Part shown: one piece after another, positions 58,809 to 64,000 of the stretch | How the letters are laid out: the number at the start of each line of letters is the position of its first letter | Position numbering within the stretch: position 1 is the first letter of the stretch | Source: Alphaproteobacteria bacterium | GTDB taxonomy: Bacteria; Pseudomonadota; Alphaproteobacteria; JAPOUT01; G958296285 | Direction of reading: 5' to 3' | Assembly: GCA_965212075.1 (NCBI GenBank) | Contig: OZ243043.1 | Location: 582,763 to 646,762, forward strand | Length of the DNA: 64,000 nt | Program-made: the position numbers and the translations under genes | The notes under the pieces: model-generated | The model's database searches: none | Told to the model about the DNA's origin: nothing | What the model saw: the letters and a program-made list of their open reading frames with translations, nothing else

Positions 58809-58896
58809 CGTATAATATATATTATGGTGAATCAGAGAGGTGCAGATAAAGCCCAGTCTAGGGCCTATAATAATTCACCATAATATATATTATACG
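58809..58896. repeat. Perfect 24-bp inverted repeat CGTATAATATATATTATGGTGAAT / ATTCACCATAATATATATTATACG with a 40-bp spacer
   Basis: Arms at 58809-58832 and 58873-58896 are exact reverse complements. Each arm contains the self-palindrome ATAATATATATTAT. The right arm abuts the MBL-hydrolase stop codon, and the element lies about 70 bp upstream of the MFS transporter start. Confidence 0.85.
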
Positions 58897-59699
58897 TAGT
58901 TTGGGAAATCCAGCACCATGCCGTCATAGGCCGGCTCGATGCCGTCAGGCAGTTCGCGCTTGAGCGTCTGGTAGTCCAAATCAATATGCATATTGGTCAA
59001 CACGCCGCGCTGCGGCTTGACTCGGGCGAGCCATTCAAGCGCGCGCTCAAGGTGCGCATGGGTCGGATGAGGCTGGTAGCGCAAAGTATCCACGATCCAA
59101 CATTCAACACCTCGGAGCGCGCTGAAGCTGGCTTCAGGCACTTCCACAACATCGGGCGCATAGGCCACCGGCCCGAAGCGGAAGCCCAGCGCATCCACCG
59201 AGCCGTGATGGAGCAAAAATGGCTCAAACCCAATATCGCCGCCGGGGCCGGAGATTTTACCCGACTCGGCGACCTGCAGCTCGTGGAGCTTCAAAAACTC
59301 CATATAGCCCGACCCCTCAATGGCTTGAAAGCAATAGCTGAAGCGTTTTGTCATGATGGCGGCGGTGGCTTTGTCCATATAGACATCGACACTCTGCCAG
59401 CGATTGATGAAAAAAGCGCGCAGATCATTGATGCCATGGGTCTGGTCGGCGTGGTGGTGGGTGTAGAGGACGCCGTCGAGCCAGTCCACGCCCCTGCCCA
59501 AGAGCTGGTCGTAGAGGTCAGGGGATGTGTCCACGAGAACGCGCGTCGCTTCCCCTGCCCCATTAAAGCGCTCAACGAGGATGGAGCAGCGGCGGCGGCG
59601 GTTTTTCGGCTCTTGAGGATCACACGCGCCCCAGTCGCCGCCAATCCGCGGTACGCCGCCGGAGGAGCCGCAGCCCAAAATCGTGACTCGCAGGCTCAA
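58890..59699 (-). CDS. MBL-fold metallo-hydrolase (PhnP-like)
   Basis: HTHHHADQTHGINDL is the HxHxDH metallo-beta-lactamase motif. It follows tatD as in the conserved alphaproteobacterial cluster. Confidence 0.82.
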   Translation of the reverse strand: MSLRVTILGCGSSGGVPRIGGDWGACDPQEPKNRRRRCSILVERFNGAGEATRVLVDTSPDLYDQLLGRGVDWLDGVLYTHHHADQTHGINDLRAFFINRWQSVDVYMDKATAAIMTKRFSYCFQAIEGSGYMEFLKLHELQVAESGKISGPGGDIGFEPFLLHHGSVDALGFRFGPVAYAPDVVEVPEASFSALRGVECWIVDTLRYQPHPTHAHLERALEWLARVKPQRGVLTNMHIDLDYQTLKRELPDGIEPAYDGMVLDFPNYV

Positions 59700-60514
59700 A
59701 CCGGCTTCTCGGCGCGTGAAGTGCGTGAAGCGCGGGAAAACAGCCGGAAAAAATTATCGGAAGTGATTTTGGCCAGCTCCGGCGCGGGGATGTTTTTGAG
59801 CGCGGCGATATAATCAGCGGTTTTGGCTACAAAAGCCGGTTCATTGCGCTTGCCGCGATGAGGCACAGGCGCCAAATAAGGCGCATCGGTCTCGACGAGC
59901 AGCCGGTCGGTCGGCAGATCGCGGACGATCGCCTGCAAATCCTGCGCGTTCTTGAAGGTCACAATCCCCGATATGGAGATATAAAGCCCAAGGGCTAGCG
60001 CCGTTTCGGCTAGCTGGCGGCCTGCGGTGAAGCAATGCATCACCGCCGTGAACGCGCCCCGCTCCATTTCTTCGGTGAGAATGCGCGCGACCTCCTGATC
60101 GGCGGCGCGGGCGTGGATGATGACCGGCAGGCCTGTGCGGCGCGCGGCTTCAATATGGACGCGAAACAGCTTTTCCTGCAGCGCAGCCTGCTGAGCGTCG
60201 CGGTAAAAATCAAGGCCGGTCTCGCCGAGCCCGACGATTTTTTTTCTTTGTTTGGAGTCATTTTGCTCGACAATCTGAACTAATTTATCGGCGTCAAGGT
60301 CGGCATGATCCCCGACCTCATTCGGGTGAACGCCGACAGAATAAACCACCTGTTCATAATTGGCCGCGATCGCGGCGATCTCTTTGATCTCGTCGAGCCG
60401 TGTGCCGATGCTGACCATGAGGCCGACCCCAGCCTCTCCGGCGCGCGCGACAACCCCGTCCAGATCGTCGCTGAAGCTGCTGAAATTTAAATGGCAATGG
60501 CTATCAACGAGCAT
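59696..60514 (-). CDS. tatD: TatD-family metal-dependent hydrolase (DNase)
   Basis: MLVDSHCHLNFSSF...VGVHP...ETDAPYL. Confidence 0.9.
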   Translation of the reverse strand: MLVDSHCHLNFSSFSDDLDGVVARAGEAGVGLMVSIGTRLDEIKEIAAIAANYEQVVYSVGVHPNEVGDHADLDADKLVQIVEQNDSKQRKKIVGLGETGLDFYRDAQQAALQEKLFRVHIEAARRTGLPVIIHARAADQEVARILTEEMERGAFTAVMHCFTAGRQLAETALALGLYISISGIVTFKNAQDLQAIVRDLPTDRLLVETDAPYLAPVPHRGKRNEPAFVAKTADYIAALKNIPAPELAKITSDNFFRLFSRASRTSRAEKPV

Positions 60515-60515
60515 A

Positions 60516-62108
60516 TTAATCCTTCTTATATCTGGGAAAAAGCGGTGCCGGTGCAGGCAGTTTCTTTCCGGGTTTTAATATATCAAGCAGTGAAGCAAAA
60601 TCTCGTTTATCCTCATCAACAGCCAGATAATCCAGTAATTTTTTCATATCATTGGGCATAAAGGGCTGCAATAAAATAGCGGCTTGGCGCAAAACATCAA
60701 TGACTATGTAAAGCACATCGCCTTGAGTCTTGCGGTCAGTTTTCGCGAGTTTCCAAGGCTCGTTTTCAGTAAAATAGAGATTAGCTTTACTAATAAAACC
60801 AAAAACAATTTCAAGGGCTATATCTGGGTGGTCAAACTCCATTGAATCACGCACTCTAGATAATAAATCTAAAACGCCGAAAGTTACTGTCGATCCTGCA
60901 GAGGTCTGTGGAAGAAACTTCGTGATGTAATTTCCTTCAGGTAATCTGAACGTCAATGGTGAGACACGGCTTATAGAAGGAATTCTGCCATCCCAGTCTT
61001 TCTGGAGCATCGTCAGTGAGCGCTGAGCGAGATTGCCAAGATTATTGGCGAGATCAGCATTGAGACGGTGAATGATCTGTTGGTCGCCGCATATTCCATC
61101 AGCGCCGAAAACGACTTCACGTAATAGAAAAAAACGGAATGGATCAACGCCATAGGTTTCAGCCAGTTCAAACGGATCAAGCACATTGCCGAGTGATTTT
61201 GACATTTTTTTGCCCTCCCCAGTCAAGATCATGCCGTGAGCAAAAATAGATTTGGGGAGAGGCAGGCCCGCCGACATCAAAAAGGCCGGCCAATAGACTG
61301 TATGGAATCTTAAAATATCTTTGCCGATAATATGAAGGTCGGCAGGCCAAAAACCTCCTTTATTTTCATCAGGGTATCCGATAGCCGTTAAGTAATTTGT
61401 CAAAGCATCCAGCCAGACATAGACGATATGTTGATCATCTTCTGGCACTTTCACGCCCCAATCAAAACTGGAGCGCGAAATGGATAAATCTTTCAACCCG
61501 CCTTTGACGAAAGAAATGACCTCATTGCGTCGCGTTTCGGGCTGGATAAAATCAGGATGTTTCTTATAATAATCCAGCAGTCTATCTTGATATTCTGACA
61601 ATTTAAAAAAATAGCTCTCCTCTTCAACCCATTCCACTGGCGCGCCGGAAGGCGTCGCCCAGTCGCCCTGTTCGTCTTTGACAAGCTCGCTTTCGGTATA
61701 AAACTCTTCCTCACGCGGCGCATACCATCCGGCATAAACACCTTTATAAATATCTCCCTTTTTTTCTATTTCGTTCCAAATATGCTGCACCGCGCGATGA
61801 TGTTCTTTCTGCGATGTCTGGATAAAATAATCATAAGAAATGGAAAAATGATCGCACATCGCCTTGAAAAGCTGGCTGAGCTGCCCGGTCAGCTCCTGCG
61901 GCGATTTGTTCTGCGCGCGCGCCTCGCGGTAGATTTTTTGCCCATGCTCATCGGTGCCGGTGACGAAATAGACCTCATAGCCGTCAAGCCGCTTGAAGCG
62001 CGCAAAGGCGTCAGCCGCGATCGCCTCATAGGCATGGCCGATATGCGGCGGCCCGTTCGGATAGGAAATCGCCGTCGTGATATAAAACTTTTTCTTTGAT
62101 GCACTCAT
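60516..62108 (-). CDS. metG: Methionine--tRNA ligase
   Basis: HIGH motif (YPNGPPHIGHAYEAI) and KMSKS motif (GKKMSKSLGNV); 530 aa. Confidence 0.95.
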   Translation of the reverse strand: MSASKKKFYITTAISYPNGPPHIGHAYEAIAADAFARFKRLDGYEVYFVTGTDEHGQKIYREARAQNKSPQELTGQLSQLFKAMCDHFSISYDYFIQTSQKEHHRAVQHIWNEIEKKGDIYKGVYAGWYAPREEEFYTESELVKDEQGDWATPSGAPVEWVEEESYFFKLSEYQDRLLDYYKKHPDFIQPETRRNEVISFVKGGLKDLSISRSSFDWGVKVPEDDQHIVYVWLDALTNYLTAIGYPDENKGGFWPADLHIIGKDILRFHTVYWPAFLMSAGLPLPKSIFAHGMILTGEGKKMSKSLGNVLDPFELAETYGVDPFRFFLLREVVFGADGICGDQQIIHRLNADLANNLGNLAQRSLTMLQKDWDGRIPSISRVSPLTFRLPEGNYITKFLPQTSAGSTVTFGVLDLLSRVRDSMEFDHPDIALEIVFGFISKANLYFTENEPWKLAKTDRKTQGDVLYIVIDVLRQAAILLQPFMPNDMKKLLDYLAVDEDKRDFASLLDILKPGKKLPAPAPLFPRYKKD

Positions 62109-63127
62109 CGCGCCGCCTCGAGTGCTAGAAATATGTTCATCGCGGCCTCAGAGCGATCCATGTTGAGGCGCTGGCGGGTTTGAATGATCTCGCTGACTTT
62201 GCCCCATAATTTTAATCCTTCATCCAACTGCGCGCTTTGGCTGACTTGGCTGCGCGTGCCCGAAGCAATCCAGTCAAGCATCAGATCGCAAAACAGGTCA
62301 TATTTTTTTTGCTCTTTATCCGAAAGGCTGGCGCAGAAACTTTGCACCGCAGGGAAGTCCATCTGCGGCAGCGCGGCGACGAGCTTGCGCAGGTCGCGGT
62401 AAAGTTTGAGCCCCTGCCCTTCGGCAAAGGCCAGCGCGCGGCCCGGGCAGCCATGCGCAACGCGGATCGCAATATCCATATCCGGCTTTTTGATCTGCGG
62501 CATGAAAGTTTTGACGACGCGCTCAACCTCTAGGTCGGGCAGAGGTGCGAGCTTCAAGCGGCGGCAGCGCGAGCGGATCGTCGCCAAGAGGCGCCCCGGA
62601 TGATGGCAGACCAAAAAAAACACCGCATGGTCAGGCGGCTCTTCAAGAAGTTTCAACAAAGCATTGGCAGCGTTGAGGTTGAGATTATCGGCCGCGTCAA
62701 TGATGCAGAGCCGATATCGCCCCAGCGCCGGACTTTTAGAAAAAAAACTCTGCACCGCGCGGACATCATCCACAGTGATGGTCGCCGTTTTCTGCTCAGC
62801 CGCCGGCGCGACAGATAAAAAATCAGGATGGCTCATCGCCAAAGTCAGATGCCAGACTGTGCTTTTTTTATCAATCGCAAGCCCCGCGCCTGATGATGCG
62901 CCATCCGCAAGCAAAAACCGCGCCGCGCGCCATGCCAGAGTCGCCTTGCCCAAACCGCGCGGCCCTTCAATCAGCCACGCATGATGCAATCTGTCGGATC
63001 TCAGCGCATCCAGCATGTGCTGCTCGCTTTTCTGATGCCCAAAAAATAAATCATGGGCATAAGGCGGCGGAAAGGCCTCTTCAGCCTCCTCTTCGGTTTT
63101 CTTCTTCTTCTTCGGCATTCTAGGCAT
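62105..63127 (-). CDS. holB: DNA polymerase III subunit delta'
   Basis: Translation from ATG 63127 (TAATG overlap with the tmk stop) begins MPRMPKKKKK. AAA-like core HHAWLIEGPRGLGKATLAWRAARFLL. Confidence 0.85.
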   Translation of the reverse strand: MPRMPKKKKKTEEEAEEAFPPPYAHDLFFGHQKSEQHMLDALRSDRLHHAWLIEGPRGLGKATLAWRAARFLLADGASSGAGLAIDKKSTVWHLTLAMSHPDFLSVAPAAEQKTATITVDDVRAVQSFFSKSPALGRYRLCIIDAADNLNLNAANALLKLLEEPPDHAVFFLVCHHPGRLLATIRSRCRRLKLAPLPDLEVERVVKTFMPQIKKPDMDIAIRVAHGCPGRALAFAEGQGLKLYRDLRKLVAALPQMDFPAVQSFCASLSDKEQKKYDLFCDLMLDWIASGTRSQVSQSAQLDEGLKLWGKVSEIIQTRQRLNMDRSEAAMNIFLALEAAR

Positions 63128-63726
63128 TATCGCAAATGACTCCAAATATCTTCGGCGATCCGGTCTTGAGAGCGGCGCGCGTCCAGCAAAAGACAGCGCT
63201 CCGGCGCGGCGCGGGCGATGGCCAAAAATCCGGCGCAGACTTTCTCGTGGAAGGCGCGCTCCAGCTTCTCATAGCTCGTGAGCGCCTCACCGCGCGCCTC
63301 AAGCCGCGCGCGCTGCGCATCAACGTCTAGATCAAAGATAAAGCTTATATCCGGAATCAGGCCGCCTGTCGCCTGCTGATTGATCAGGCGCACGAGGTCA
63401 AGCGGCACCCCAAGCCCATAGCCCTGATAGGCCAAAGTCGAATCGATGAAGCGATCGCAGAGCACGATCTTGCCTTGATCAAGCGCGGGCTGAATCACAT
63501 CTTTGATATGCTGGCGGCGCGCCGCGGCGAACAAAAATACTTGCGTCAGTGGATCATAATCCGCCCCCTTCTGCTGCAAGAGGCTGCGGATGGCATCGTC
63601 ATGGGGCTCGCGGGTTGTGACGACCGCCTGCTCCGCCTCACGCAGACGCTCAGCAAGGCGCGCCATCTGGGTCGTCTTGCCCGACGCCTCAACCCCTTCA
63701 AAACTGATCAACCGCGCTCTATCCAC
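63127..63726 (-). CDS. tmk: Thymidylate kinase
   Basis: ISFEGVEASGKTTQ is the P-loop. GTG at 63726 is preferred, lying 6 bp after the upstream gene stop. The TTG at 63765 used by the ORF track would overlap that gene by 47 bp. Confidence 0.88.
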   Translation of the reverse strand: MDRARLISFEGVEASGKTTQMARLAERLREAEQAVVTTREPHDDAIRSLLQQKGADYDPLTQVFLFAAARRQHIKDVIQPALDQGKIVLCDRFIDSTLAYQGYGLGVPLDLVRLINQQATGGLIPDISFIFDLDVDAQRARLEARGEALTSYEKLERAFHEKVCAGFLAIARAAPERCLLLDARRSQDRIAEDIWSHLR

Positions 63727-64000
63727 CAAACAACATATATTCCAGTGTTGAGATCGCGCGGCCAAAGAAGTTCAACCGATCAACATCCAGCGCGGCAACC
63801 AAAGGCTTTTCGGCGATGATCTCGCCGCCTAGCTCTTTGACGCGGATCACGCCAACCTGCTGGTTCTTTTTCACCGGCGCGGCGATCGGCGACATATATT
63901 CTATGGACACGCGCAAGCGGCGTCTTTTTTCGCGTGTGATGGCGACAGAAAGATCATCTTTAACCATCAGTGGAACGCGGCTTTTTGTGCCATGCCAGAG
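63719..64000 (-). CDS. D-alanyl-D-alanine carboxypeptidase (PBP5/6-like), C-terminal part; gene continues beyond the window
   Basis: The reading frame is open to the window edge. ...QQVGVIRVKELGGEIIAEKPLVAALDV resembles the PBP5 C-terminal beta-sandwich domain, and it sits at the conserved position upstream of tmk. Confidence 0.6.
   Translation of the reverse strand, partial: LWHGTKSRVPLMVKDDLSVAITREKRRRLRVSIEYMSPIAAPVKKNQQVGVIRVKELGGEIIAEKPLVAALDVDRLNFFGRAISTLEYMLFGG

Noticed and set aside
1-64000. Search for CRISPR arrays, transposases, integrases, phage or toxin-antitoxin modules, restriction-modification or other defence genes
   Set aside because: I see no regularly spaced direct repeats and no IS-like terminal inverted repeats flanking a transposase-like ORF. 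No recombinase, nuclease or helicase candidates lie outside housekeeping genes. The SRPBCC protein after lipA resembles RatA but has no adjacent antitoxin and is better explained as the conserved COQ10-like gene.

Overview
This 64 kb window looks like a compact, gene-dense chromosomal segment of an alphaproteobacterium. That assignment is an inference from gene order and motifs: a GTTC-N7-GTTC LexA box, an ispD-ispF fusion, and the clusters tmk-holB-metG-tatD and trpE-G-D-C-moaC-moeA. About 60 protein genes are called with good confidence, almost all housekeeping. Many neighbours are translationally coupled (ATGA or TAATG junctions), and several convergent gene pairs overlap at their 3' ends. 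One tRNA-Leu(GAG) is present. I found no rRNA, CRISPR array, transposase, integrase or phage genes. Five spots look accessory or poorly characterised. (1) An AT-rich leader with two hairpins, one a canonical terminator, precedes a low-GC gene for a secreted Ser-rich protein (6180-7301). (2) A three-gene coupled operon encodes a HIT protein, a beta-propeller lipoprotein and a Tat-exported nitroreductase-like protein (7319-10616). (3) A Lys-rich histone H1-like/HTH protein is coupled to a GGDEF cyclase with degenerate receiver domains (12396-14173). (4) Three Sel1-repeat paralogs surround a cyclophilin between coaD and queA (21323-24619). (5) A perfect 24-bp AT-rich inverted repeat lies between an MBL hydrolase gene and an MFS transporter gene (58809-58896). 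No canonical defence or mobile system is recognisable, and none of these candidates can be assigned a function from sequence alone. All start codons are judged by eye; several ORF-track starts are TTG or GTG.
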